A stretch of 42,838 nucleotides of DNA, taken from positions 1 through 42,838 of the forward strand of contig JAFASB010000142.1 of assembly GCA_019244985.1 (NCBI GenBank), written 5' to 3'. The translations under genes were made by a program, and so were the position numbers. This document shows positions 1 through 8,918 of this stretch, piece by piece. Each line of letters opens with the position of its first letter. The first letter of the stretch is position 1. The DNA comes from Acidimicrobiia bacterium. GTDB lineage: Bacteria; Actinomycetota; Acidimicrobiia; Acidimicrobiales; AC-14. The notes under the pieces were generated by a model, which was not told where the DNA came from, ran no database searches, and worked only from the letters and a program-made list of their open reading frames with translations.

Positions 1-801
1 CTGCTGACGCCTCGGCAAGAGCGACGCTCGCTACCCTTTAAGCTGATGGTCAAACGAATCCTGAGCGGCTTTCGTAAGGCGGCGCGCGTGACTTGCGATA
101 GCTTTGCAACGCGTGATGAGTTGCTCGCTTACGGATTAATCGAGCCGGAGCGTCTGGTGGTTGTTCATAACGGTGTGCACGAAGCTTTCTCGCCTGAGGC
201 TGACACGGAGTCTGACAGGGAAGCGGCGCGGTTGATTGGAAGCCTGGGCGGCGTTGAGAGTGTGGAAGTCTTGCACGTTGGCAGCACCGTCGGGCGCAAG
301 CGGATTGACGTGTTGCTCAATGTCTTCGCAACTTTGCGCGAACGGTTTCCAGGGATAAAACTCCTGCGCGTCGGCGGCGAGTTCACCGTTGAGCAGGCGG
401 CCCTGGCGGCGCGTCTCAATCTGGGCGGCTCAATCGTTTCGTTGCCGACACTTGAAAGAAAGGTGCTCGCGGCCGTCTATCGTCGCGCGGCTTTGGTCCT
501 TCAACCTTCGGAGCGCGAGGGGTTCGGGTTGCCGGTGGTCGAGGCCATGGCGTGCGGGACGCCTGTGGTCGCCTTCGCCAACACCGCGATCCCCGAGGTC
601 GTCGGCGACGGCGGCGAACTGGTGCCCGACGGTGACGTCGCGGCCATGGTCCGCACGGTCACCGCCGTGCTCGCCGACGACGAGATGCGACGCTCACTCG
701 TCGAGCGCGGTCTGGCCCGCGCCGGTCGTTTCAGCTGGCGGCGCAGCGCCGAGGCACACGCCGACGTGTACCGAATCGCTCAGAGCACGACCGTGCGGTA
801 G
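1..801 (+). CDS. Glycosyltransferase family 4 (5'-truncated; possibly chimeric)
   Basis: Frame open from base 1; VVHNGV, HVGS..GRKRID and EGFGLPVVEAMACGTPVV (EX7E) motifs; C-terminal FSWRRSA. Confidence 0.9.
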   Translation: MLTPRQERRSLPFKLMVKRILSGFRKAARVTCDSFATRDELLAYGLIEPERLVVVHNGVHEAFSPEADTESDREAARLIGSLGGVESVEVLHVGSTVGRKRIDVLLNVFATLRERFPGIKLLRVGGEFTVEQAALAARLNLGGSIVSLPTLERKVLAAVYRRAALVLQPSEREGFGLPVVEAMACGTPVVAFANTAIPEVVGDGGELVPDGDVAAMVRTVTAVLADDEMRRSLVERGLARAGRFSWRRSAEAHADVYRIAQSTTVR

Positions 802-1763
802 CGCGCCGAGGCAGCCGCGAGCACGGCCATCTCGGCCAGGTCGGAGAGCAGCAGCATCGGAACGGTGACCGGGCGGTTCCGGGCCAGCCCGGTCGGATAC
901 GTGTGTGTGCGGTAGCGAAGGTACGGGGCACACATGACCACCCCGGCGAGTGCGCGCATGGGCCTCCGTCGTGCCGACGCAACCGTCGCCAGCCCGGCGG
1001 CGGCCCACAGCGCCGACGGATGGGACGGTCGCCAGAAGATCCCGTAGCGGCACAGCCGTCGCATCTCCGGATTGCGCTTGATCGCTCGCACCACGCCCTC
1101 GCGCCGGCGCAGGTCGAGCAGGTGCTCGACATAGGAGTGCCGGTGCACGTCGTGGTGCACCACGGCTTGTTTGTCGAACGAGACGCGTGCGCCCGCCGCC
1201 TTCGCCCGCCAGGCCAGATCGGTGTCCTCGCCGAACGGGTAGCGGAAGCGTTCGTCGAAGCCGCCGAGCTCTTCGAGCACGCGCCGGCGGTAGGCGATGT
1301 TGCACGTTTCGTAGAAGCCCCACTCCTCTTCGTTGAGGACGGTGTGGCTGAAGACGTTGCGGTGGGCGAGCTGGTCGGGGTCGGGGACGGTGCGCCCCTG
1401 CGCCACGTCGGCGTGTTCGAGGGCGCGGCCGAGCGCCGACAGCCAGCCCGGTTGCGGCGCGCAGTCGTCGTCGGTGAAGGCAATGATCGGAGCCGTCGCT
1501 CGTTGCCAACCGGCATTTCGGGCCGTGGCCGGGCCGCGGTTCTCGTCGAGACGGATTCCCACGACGGGCACCGTCGACGCGGCGCGCAGGCGCTCCACTT
1601 CGTCGATCGTGCCGTCGGTCGACGCATCGTCGACGATCACCACCTCGAACGGCGGCGCGTCCTCCTGCTGCTCGAGGGCGCGCACGAGGCGGCCGAGCAG
1701 CGCTCTCCGTTGATACGTCGGCACGACGACGGAAACAGCGGGGACTGTGGACATCGCCGCCAT
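780..1763 (-). CDS. Glycosyltransferase family 2
   Basis: VSVVVPTYQR, IVDDASTD, GPATARNAG, FTDDDC (DxD), GGFDERF..GEDTDLAWR. Confidence 0.92.
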   Translation of the reverse strand: MAAMSTVPAVSVVVPTYQRRALLGRLVRALEQQEDAPPFEVVIVDDASTDGTIDEVERLRAASTVPVVGIRLDENRGPATARNAGWQRATAPIIAFTDDDCAPQPGWLSALGRALEHADVAQGRTVPDPDQLAHRNVFSHTVLNEEEWGFYETCNIAYRRRVLEELGGFDERFRYPFGEDTDLAWRAKAAGARVSFDKQAVVHHDVHRHSYVEHLLDLRRREGVVRAIKRNPEMRRLCRYGIFWRPSHPSALWAAAGLATVASARRRPMRALAGVVMCAPYLRYRTHTYPTGLARNRPVTVPMLLLSDLAEMAVLAAASARYRTVVL

Positions 1764-1804
1764 TGTGACAAGGGTTCCGCCCTTAGATTCGTGACATCAA
1801 GGCC

Positions 1805-3040
1805 GTGGTCGTCACCAACATGTACCCGCCTCACCATTACGGCGGGTACGAGCTCTCCTGTCAGGACGTCGTGGAGCGGTGGCGCCGCCGCGGCCACGAC
1901 GTCGCCGTGCTCACGACGGACATGCGGGTACCGGGAGTCACGGATCCGCCGAACGAGCGCGCGACGGGTGTCTGGCGCGACCTTCGCTTCTACTACGCCA
2001 ACGGCGACCTCCATGTCCCGCCGGTGTGGCAACGCCCCGGCCTCGAACGCCACAACCAGCGGACGTTGGCGGCGGCACTCGGCCGGTTCCAACCCGACGT
2101 CGTGTCCCTCTGGCACATGGGAGCCATGTCCTTCTCGCTCGTCACGTCCCTCGCCGAGCGACGCGTGTCGTTGGTGTGCGTCGTCTGCGACGACTGGCTC
2201 AGCTACGGCCCCGAGGTCGACGGGTGGATGCGGCTCTTCGACGGTCGGCGTGCCGCCTTCCGGCCTGCGGCGCGCCTCGCCGAACGTGTCACCGGTATCC
2301 CGACGCACCTCCCGGACCTTGCCGCCGCCGCGACCTTCTGCTTCGTGAGCGACAGCACGCGCCGGCGGGCCGAGGAGCACGCCCGCTGGCCGGTCGGCGG
2401 GGCACCGGTGATCCCCAGCGGCGTGGCTCCCGAAGACTTCCCGCGCCCCGACGAAGCGCCGGGGGCGCGACCGTGGCAGTGGCGCTTGTTGTTCGTCGGC
2501 CGCCTGGACCCGCGCAAGGGCATCGACACCGCTGTCGAGGCTCTGGCCAACCTCCCCGCCGAGACGACACTCGAGGTGGTGGGCAAGGGCGATGACGCGT
2601 ACCGGCTCCGCCTGGAAGGAATCGCCGCCGACGCCGGCGCCGCCGGGCGGGTGCGGTTCTCGTCAGCCCGGCGCTCCGAGCTGGGGGCGCGTTACCGCGC
2701 CGCCAACGTGCTCGTCTTCCCGGTGCGGTGGGACGAGCCGTTCGGGCTGGCGCCGCTCGAGGCCATGGCGTCGGGGACCCCGGTAATCGCGACGGGAACG
2801 GGGGGCTCCGGTGAGTTTCTGGCCGACGGCGTGAACTCGCTGCTGTTTGCGCCCGGGAGAGCCGACGAGCTGGCGACCGCCGTCCGGCGACTGGCGGATG
2901 ACGCTGAGCTGCGAGCGGCACTCGTCCGCGGCGGCTACGACACCGCGGCCCACCTCACCGTCGACCGCCAGGCCGCCGACCTGGAAGCGCTCCACCTCGC
3001 TGCCGTGGCGCGCACAACCGAACGTCAGTCGCCCGCGTAG
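1805..3040 (+). CDS. Glycosyltransferase family 4
   Basis: TNMYPPHHYGGYE N-terminus, FVGRLDPRKG, EPFGLAPLEAMASGTPVI; true start may be 1796. Confidence 0.92.
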   Translation: MVVTNMYPPHHYGGYELSCQDVVERWRRRGHDVAVLTTDMRVPGVTDPPNERATGVWRDLRFYYANGDLHVPPVWQRPGLERHNQRTLAAALGRFQPDVVSLWHMGAMSFSLVTSLAERRVSLVCVVCDDWLSYGPEVDGWMRLFDGRRAAFRPAARLAERVTGIPTHLPDLAAAATFCFVSDSTRRRAEEHARWPVGGAPVIPSGVAPEDFPRPDEAPGARPWQWRLLFVGRLDPRKGIDTAVEALANLPAETTLEVVGKGDDAYRLRLEGIAADAGAAGRVRFSSARRSELGARYRAANVLVFPVRWDEPFGLAPLEAMASGTPVIATGTGGSGEFLADGVNSLLFAPGRADELATAVRRLADDAELRAALVRGGYDTAAHLTVDRQAADLEALHLAAVARTTERQSPA

Positions 3041-4095
3041 ATCCGTTCGAAGGCGGGCGCCAGGCCGGTGTCCCAGTCGTACGGCAGCGTCGAGGCCCGG
3101 CAGCGTTCGACGGTCGCCGGGTCGCGCGCCAGCTCGATGGCGTCGAGGCAGGCTTCGGCGACCGACGCCGCGCTGTCCGGTGCGCACACTGCACCCGTGC
3201 CCTCGCCGACGAGTTCGTGGGGCGCGGCGTGGGTGCTGGCGACGATCGGCGTGCCGCACGCCAGCGACTCGAGCAGCGCCATGCCGAAGCTGTCGTTGGT
3301 GGACGGCAGGGCGGTTGCCCAGGCCCGCCCGTACCGCTCCGCCTGCCCGTCCTCCTCGCCAAGCGATAGCACCTCGGTGCGGGCCCGAGCCTCGGCGCTC
3401 GCTTCGTCGAGCCACTGCTGGGCGTTGCCCTGCCCGCTGAGCCAGAGGCGGACGTCGGGCTCACGCTTGGCCACGAGCGGCAACGCTTCCAGCAGCAGGG
3501 AGACGCCCTTACGACGCTCGCCGATCGCGCCCGAGAAGAGCAGTGTCGGCGCCGGCTCGCGCTCGGCTGCCGGCTTGAACTCATCGTGGTTCACCCCCCC
3601 CGGCGTGAACACGCCGGTTCGGCCGTAGTCGCGCTCGAGCATGTCGAGGGCGTACTGCGACATGCACCCGTAGGCGTTGATATCGCGGACGATCCGGTCG
3701 TGGGCGCGTGCCCACGGCTGCGCCGAGATCCACTTGCGATCGGGGAGACCGAGGTTCGTGTACACCGTGCGGCGGCTGCGCCGGACGCGGGAAGCGAGGA
3801 TCGACGAGCGAGCGTCCCGTGGACCGAGGGAGTGCACGGCGTCGAACTGCCCTGCGACGAGGTGTGGAAACAGGCGGCGCGCGAAGTCGGTCTCGTGTCG
3901 GGCGTCGTCACGATGGCGGCGCCGGATGCGCACGACCTTGTAGAGGCGGTTCTCGGTGAGCGGCGTCCATGTCGAGGTCAGGACGGTCACGTCGTGGCCG
4001 CGCTGGGCGAAGGCGCGCGCCATCTCGGGGATCATCCGCTCCGCGCCGCGGCGCACTTCGGGCCAGGAATAGGCGTGGGTGAGCGCGATGCGCAC
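3025..4095 (-). CDS. Glycosyltransferase family 4
   Basis: MRIAL..GAER, RGHDVTVLT, ERRKGV, DSFGMALLESLACGTPIVAS. Confidence 0.9.
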   Translation of the reverse strand: MRIALTHAYSWPEVRRGAERMIPEMARAFAQRGHDVTVLTSTWTPLTENRLYKVVRIRRRHRDDARHETDFARRLFPHLVAGQFDAVHSLGPRDARSSILASRVRRSRRTVYTNLGLPDRKWISAQPWARAHDRIVRDINAYGCMSQYALDMLERDYGRTGVFTPGGVNHDEFKPAAEREPAPTLLFSGAIGERRKGVSLLLEALPLVAKREPDVRLWLSGQGNAQQWLDEASAEARARTEVLSLGEEDGQAERYGRAWATALPSTNDSFGMALLESLACGTPIVASTHAAPHELVGEGTGAVCAPDSAASVAEACLDAIELARDPATVERCRASTLPYDWDTGLAPAFERIYAGD

Positions 4096-4132
4096 GTCCC
4101 CAGCATGACGCGGGCCGCGCGATCATGACCCC

Positions 4133-4873
4133 TTGTTCAAGAAGAGCCGCAGGCTCGAGGAACCCCCTCCCGGGGCCGGTGTCGACGACCTGAGCGAGCC
4201 CGAGGCCCGCATCGTCGCCGCCGTGCAGCCGTACACGATGACCTCGCCGGCGCGGGTCACAGCCCTCGTTCGCGCCGTCGACTACGTCGAGCGGCGCGGC
4301 CTTCAGGGGGCATTCGTCGAGTGCGGCGTGTGGCGGGGTGGGTCGGTGCTCGCCATGCTCCTCAAGCTCCTCGAACTCGGGGTCACCTCGCGCCACGTCT
4401 ACGCCTTCGACAGCTTCGAGGGCATGCCCGAACCGACGCCTGCCGATGTCAGCCGCTATTCGGGCGCGGCTCTCGACGAGTGGAACGCGGCGCGTGACGC
4501 GCGCCGGCGGCCGTGGGGGGACGTGTTCGATCCGGCGTCGTTCAGCGCCGACGCGGTGCGTGACGTTCTCCGCGGGAGCGGCTATCCGGCAGAGGCGGTA
4601 CACGTCGAGGCTGGGCTGGTCGAGGACACGATCCCGGCCTCCGCGCCTGACGAACTGGCCATCCTCCGGCTCGACACGGACTGGTACGAGTCGACGCGCC
4701 ACGAGCTGGTGCACCTGTACCCCCGCCTCGTCACAGGAGGCGTGCTGATCATCGACGACTATGGCCACTGGGAGGGGTGCCAGCGGGCGGTCGACGAGTA
4801 CTTCTCGGGTGACGCGCCGCCGATCCTGCTCACCCCCGTCGACTACACCGGCCGGATCGGCGTAAAGGCCTGA
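4133..4873 (+). CDS. TylF/MycF/NovP-family sugar O-methyltransferase
   Basis: YTMTS, GAFVECGVWRGGS, FDSFEG, LRLDTDWYEST, IIDDYGHWEG. Confidence 0.93.
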   Translation: MFKKSRRLEEPPPGAGVDDLSEPEARIVAAVQPYTMTSPARVTALVRAVDYVERRGLQGAFVECGVWRGGSVLAMLLKLLELGVTSRHVYAFDSFEGMPEPTPADVSRYSGAALDEWNAARDARRRPWGDVFDPASFSADAVRDVLRGSGYPAEAVHVEAGLVEDTIPASAPDELAILRLDTDWYESTRHELVHLYPRLVTGGVLIIDDYGHWEGCQRAVDEYFSGDAPPILLTPVDYTGRIGVKA

Positions 4874-4874
4874 C

Positions 4875-5561
4875 GTGCGTTTCCTGACCGACCGAAGTGA
4901 CGCCCATGCCGGCCCACGCGCCGCGCAGTTTCGCTACGCCAATGATCAGCTGCGGGTGGCCGTTCGGGAACTGTTGGACGGTGCCGGCGTTCGCCCCGGT
5001 GCGCGCGTGCTCGACTACGGCTGCGCCGAATCGCCATACAGAAATGAGCTTCCCGTGGGTGTCGACTACGTGGGTGCCGACCTGCCAGGGAACCCGATGG
5101 CGACGGTCGAGCTCGACGCCGCGGGCCGCGTTCCGCAGGCCGATGCGTCGTTCGACGTGGTGCTGTCGACCCAGGTGCTCGAGCACGTCGAGGATCCCGC
5201 CGGGTACGTCCACGAATGCAGCCGTCTGTTGGTGGCTCGAGGATCGCTCGTGCTGTCGACCCACGGCGTCATGTACTACCACCGCGATCCCGAGGACTAC
5301 TGGCGCTGGACGGCGAAGGGGTTGGGCAAGGTCGTGTCCGATGCCGGGCTCGAGGTGGTCGCCATGAAGGGCGTGCTCGCACTGGGCGCGGCCGCCCTGC
5401 AGATCTTTCAGGACGGGACCATCTGGAAGCTGCCGCGCCCGCTGCGGCGGCCGTACGCGGCAGGCATGCAGCGGGTCATCGCCTTCACCGACCGGCGTTA
5501 CGAGGAGTCCTCGCGGCTCGAGAACTGCCTGACGATCGCACTGCGGGCCACCAAGCCGTAG
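4875..5561 (+). CDS. Class I SAM-dependent methyltransferase
   Basis: VLDYGCA, SFDVVLSTQVLEHVEDP, YHRDPEDYWRWT. Confidence 0.88.
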   Translation: MRFLTDRSDAHAGPRAAQFRYANDQLRVAVRELLDGAGVRPGARVLDYGCAESPYRNELPVGVDYVGADLPGNPMATVELDAAGRVPQADASFDVVLSTQVLEHVEDPAGYVHECSRLLVARGSLVLSTHGVMYYHRDPEDYWRWTAKGLGKVVSDAGLEVVAMKGVLALGAAALQIFQDGTIWKLPRPLRRPYAAGMQRVIAFTDRRYEESSRLENCLTIALRATKP

Positions 5562-5574
5562 CGGGAACGCCGCG

Positions 5575-5580
5575 TAGCCT
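5575..5580 (+). promoter_or_regulatory. Putative -10 box (TAGCCT), leaderless arrangement
   Basis: TANNNT hexamer 6 nt before ATG 5587, with no Shine-Dalgarno. Confidence 0.55.
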
Positions 5581-5586
5581 CCGCCC

Positions 5587-6405
5587 ATGCCGGGACTCGA
5601 CGAGAACGCGGACGTCTGGGCGCGTCAGTGGGACTGGTCGGACGAGGGCGAGCAGTGGTCGGCGTGGTGGGGAGGCACCGATGCGATGTGGTTCGGCGCT
5701 GTGCTGCCGCGGATCCACGCCTTCGTGCCCGCCGCCCGCGTGCTCGAGATCGGACCCGGCTACGGGCGCTGGACCTCGCGTTTGCGGCCGCTCTCGGGGC
5801 ACCTCGTGCTCGTCGACATGACAGCACGCTGCATCGAGCACTGCAGAGAGCGATTCGGCGACAGCGCCGGGATCGAGTACCACGTCAACGACGGGCGTTC
5901 GTTGGCGATGGTCGACGACGAGTCGATCGACTTCGTGTTCAGCATGGATTCGCTCGTGCACGTGGAGTCCGACGTGCTCCACCGCTATCTCGACCAGTTG
6001 GCGAGGAAACTGACACCCGACGGCATCGCCTTTCTCCATCACTCGAACCTGGGCGCCTACCGCACCCTCACCGCCCTCGCCCGCCGTGTCCCGCCTCGGC
6101 TCCTGCGACCGCTCGTCCGGCGGGGTCTGGCTGTCGACCTCTTTGCCTGGCGCGCCGAGTCCGTCACCGCGCAGGGCGTCGCGAACCAGTGCGCGCGAGC
6201 GGGTCTGGCCTGCGTCAGCCAGGAGACCATCAGCTGGGAGTTCGGGCGCTTCCAGATCGACGCCCTGTCGGTCGTGACGCGACCTGGATCGCGGTGGCAC
6301 CGACCGACCCGGCTCGCCGCCAACCCCGGGTTCGGCGCCGAGGCTCGTCGCGTGGCGGCCCTGTATGCCGCGGCCGGCTCCACGAACCCGGGTCGGGCCG
6401 GATGA
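5587..6405 (+). CDS. Class I SAM-dependent methyltransferase
   Basis: VLEIGPGYGRWT, SIDFVFSMDSLVH, LTPDGIAFLHHSN. Confidence 0.88.
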   Translation: MPGLDENADVWARQWDWSDEGEQWSAWWGGTDAMWFGAVLPRIHAFVPAARVLEIGPGYGRWTSRLRPLSGHLVLVDMTARCIEHCRERFGDSAGIEYHVNDGRSLAMVDDESIDFVFSMDSLVHVESDVLHRYLDQLARKLTPDGIAFLHHSNLGAYRTLTALARRVPPRLLRPLVRRGLAVDLFAWRAESVTAQGVANQCARAGLACVSQETISWEFGRFQIDALSVVTRPGSRWHRPTRLAANPGFGAEARRVAALYAAAGSTNPGRAG

Positions 6406-7097
6406 CTGGAGTGCGTGAGCGCGTGCGCCGCCGCTGGTACACGAGCACCCTGTGGCGCTGGTGGAACGAGCGGTGGGTCCGGCGGATGGCGCTCAAGGGC
6501 ATGATCTGGCGGACGGGCAACTTCGCAGGAACGACGTGGCTCGGACGGCCCGTATGGCAGAACCCGCTCGACGCGTGGGCGTTGCAGGAGGCGATCGTCC
6601 ACGACGGCGTCGATCTCGTCATCGAGTGCGGAACCAACCGCGGCGGCTCCGCGTACTACATGGCCTCGGTGTTCGACCTCATCGGTCGCGGCCGCGTCAT
6701 CACGATCGACGTGGAGTCACTCGCCGACTTCCAGCACGACCGCATCGAGTTCCTGAAAGGGTCGTCGGTGGACCCGGAGCTGATCGCCGCCGTGCGGGCG
6801 CGCGTCGACGAACTGGCGCCGTCGCGGACGATGGTCCTTCTCGACAGCGACCACGCAGGACCGCACGTCCTGCGGGAGCTCGAGCTCTACAGCGAGTTCG
6901 TTCCGATCGGGGGCTACGTCGTGGTGCAGGACGGCTGCATCGACGAGCTTGCGATTATGCGCGACGACCGCCCCGGTCCTCTGTGGGCGCTGCGACAGTT
7001 CATCGCGAACGACCCGAACTTCGAGATCGACGAAGCCCGGTCGGGCAGGTATCTCCTGAGCCACAGCCCGAGCGGCTGGCTCCGCCGTCGCTCGTAG
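6402..7097 (+). CDS. CmcI-family (rhamnosyl O-methyltransferase-like) methyltransferase
   Basis: WLGRPVWQNPLD, IECGTNRGGSA, GSSVDP, VLLDSDH, YVVVQD, SHSPSGWLRR; ATGA overlap with upstream stop sets the start at 6402. Confidence 0.88.
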   Translation: MTGVRERVRRRWYTSTLWRWWNERWVRRMALKGMIWRTGNFAGTTWLGRPVWQNPLDAWALQEAIVHDGVDLVIECGTNRGGSAYYMASVFDLIGRGRVITIDVESLADFQHDRIEFLKGSSVDPELIAAVRARVDELAPSRTMVLLDSDHAGPHVLRELELYSEFVPIGGYVVVQDGCIDELAIMRDDRPGPLWALRQFIANDPNFEIDEARSGRYLLSHSPSGWLRRRS

Positions 7098-8071
7098 TGA
7101 CGCCCGCCGGCGACCCGCACGTCGTTCTCGTCACCGACCGCGCCTTCCTGCCGTGGTGCGCGACGGCCATCCTCTCCTGTGTCGAGACGGCCACTACGCC
7201 CGTCACCGTCCACGTCGTGCACGCCGACGACGTGACTGCGGCCGACAGGGACCTGCTGAGGCAGGTCGTCGAGCCAGCCGGCGGCGCCGTGCGCTTCCAC
7301 GTGCTCGACGCCGGTGACCTTGAGCAGCTTCCGACGAAGGGGGCGGCTCTCGGCGGACGTATGAGTTGGGGCCGGATCGTTCTCGCCGACGTGCTCGCCG
7401 AGCTCGACCGCGTCGTCTACATCGATGCCGACACGCTCGTCTTCGACTCGGTGCACCGCGTGTGGGAGTTCCCGATGGAGGGCGCTCCGGTGGCAGCGGT
7501 CGTCAACGTCACCGAAGCGGCACGGCGCGACCACCTCCGCAGCCTCGGCTTCGACGATCCTCGTGAGTACTTCAACGCCGGAGTGCTGTTGCTGGACCTC
7601 GCCATGTGGCGAGCGGAGGGGGCGGGCGACGCGCTCGCCGATGTTGCCCGCGCGAATCCGTCGTTGTCGTGGTTCGACCAGGACGCACTCAACATCGTGT
7701 TCGCGCAGCGCTGGCGACCCCTGGACCCTCGGTGGAACGTGATGTTCAGCTTCTGGTTGTGGGCTGACGTCGCCGGCGAGCTCCTCGGCGCCGATGCCGT
7801 TGCGTCGGCGACAGGCGACCCGGGCATCGTGCACTTCGAGGGGCCGCCCGTGTGCAAGCCGTGGCACTACCTGTGTCCGCATCCGCTGCGAGACACGCAC
7901 CGCGCCGCGCTGGCGCGCACGCCTTGGGCGAGGACACCGCTCGACGATCGGACGTTCGGCACGCGCCTGATCGCCCGACTTCCGACTCCGTGGCGTTTGC
8001 CCGCGTATTCGCGGCTGCTGGCCTACCGCGAGCGGCTCGCGCAGAGATCGCGCCCGGCCTCATACCGGTAG
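7097..8071 (+). CDS. Glycosyltransferase family 8
   Basis: RVVYIDADTLV, YFNAGVLLLDL..WR, DQDALN, RWNV, IVHFEG..KPW; start GTG overlaps upstream TAG. Confidence 0.9.
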   Translation: MTPAGDPHVVLVTDRAFLPWCATAILSCVETATTPVTVHVVHADDVTAADRDLLRQVVEPAGGAVRFHVLDAGDLEQLPTKGAALGGRMSWGRIVLADVLAELDRVVYIDADTLVFDSVHRVWEFPMEGAPVAAVVNVTEAARRDHLRSLGFDDPREYFNAGVLLLDLAMWRAEGAGDALADVARANPSLSWFDQDALNIVFAQRWRPLDPRWNVMFSFWLWADVAGELLGADAVASATGDPGIVHFEGPPVCKPWHYLCPHPLRDTHRAALARTPWARTPLDDRTFGTRLIARLPTPWRLPAYSRLLAYRERLAQRSRPASYR

Positions 8072-8080
8072 GGTCGCCCC

Positions 8081-8908
8081 GTGGCGTCTTCGGCCGCGCC
8101 CGTCCTTGTTCTCGAGAACGAACCGGAGCGCTTGCGTGACTGGGCGGGTGCGATGTGGCACTTCCGGCACCTGCTGGCCATGCTCAGTCGGGCCCAGTTC
8201 CACGTCCGTTACAAGCGGGCGTCGTTTGGCGTCGCGTGGGCCGTGGGGCTGCCCCTCATCCAGGCCGCGGTCCTCACGATCGTCTTCGAAAAGCTGGTAC
8301 GGGTCAGTGGCGGCCTCCACTTCGGCGCCTACGTCCTCAGTGGTGTGCTCGCCTGGAGCTACTTCTCCCAGACCGTCGCGCCGGGATCGACCGCCATCGT
8401 CGAGGGTTCATCGCTGACCGACAAGGTGTGGTTCCCGCGCGCCATCCTCCCCGCCACGACGGTGTTCGCCAACCTGCCCGGCCTGGCGGTGTCCATGGCG
8501 TTCCTCGTCGTCGCCCTCCCCGTCCTCGGCGTCCCGCTGGGCATCCGAGTCCTCCTGCTGCCGCTGGCGTGCGCGCTGTTGATCGCCTTCACCCTCGCCC
8601 TCGTCGAGGTGCTCGCGGCGTTGCACGTGTACTTCCGCGACGTCCGGTTTCTCGTACAGGCCGCTCTCGTGGTGTGGTTCTACGTGACGCCGATCGCTTA
8701 TCCGAAGGCGTTGCTCAAGGGGTTGGCGACGTGGATCGACGTCAACCCGCTCACGGGCATCGTGGCCCTGTTCCACCTTGCGACCGTCGGGAACGAGGCC
8801 AATTGGCAGCGCCCGCTTCTGTTCGCCCTCGCCTGGACGGCGGTGCTGGTCATAGCGGCCGTCGAAGCGCACCGCCGGCGCGACCGCCTGTTCGTCGATC
8901 TCTTGTGA
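8081..8908 (+). CDS. wzm: Polysaccharide ABC transporter permease
   Basis: RYKRASFGVAW, KVWFPRAILP, YFRDV, FYVTPIAYP, NPLTGIV; about 6 hydrophobic segments. Confidence 0.92.
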   Translation: MASSAAPVLVLENEPERLRDWAGAMWHFRHLLAMLSRAQFHVRYKRASFGVAWAVGLPLIQAAVLTIVFEKLVRVSGGLHFGAYVLSGVLAWSYFSQTVAPGSTAIVEGSSLTDKVWFPRAILPATTVFANLPGLAVSMAFLVVALPVLGVPLGIRVLLLPLACALLIAFTLALVEVLAALHVYFRDVRFLVQAALVVWFYVTPIAYPKALLKGLATWIDVNPLTGIVALFHLATVGNEANWQRPLLFALAWTAVLVIAAVEAHRRRDRLFVDLL

Positions 8909-8918
8909 TCGAGCGCCG

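Noticed and set aside
5628-8071. Apparent long N-terminal extensions or fusions in ORF-track entries (5628-7097, 6452-8071; likewise 10180-11331, 11186-12394, 14293-15510, 26982-28313, 38961-40655, 40489-41679)
   Set aside because: Extensions overlap upstream genes; internal starts at stop-start overlaps or short gaps give normal-length proteins
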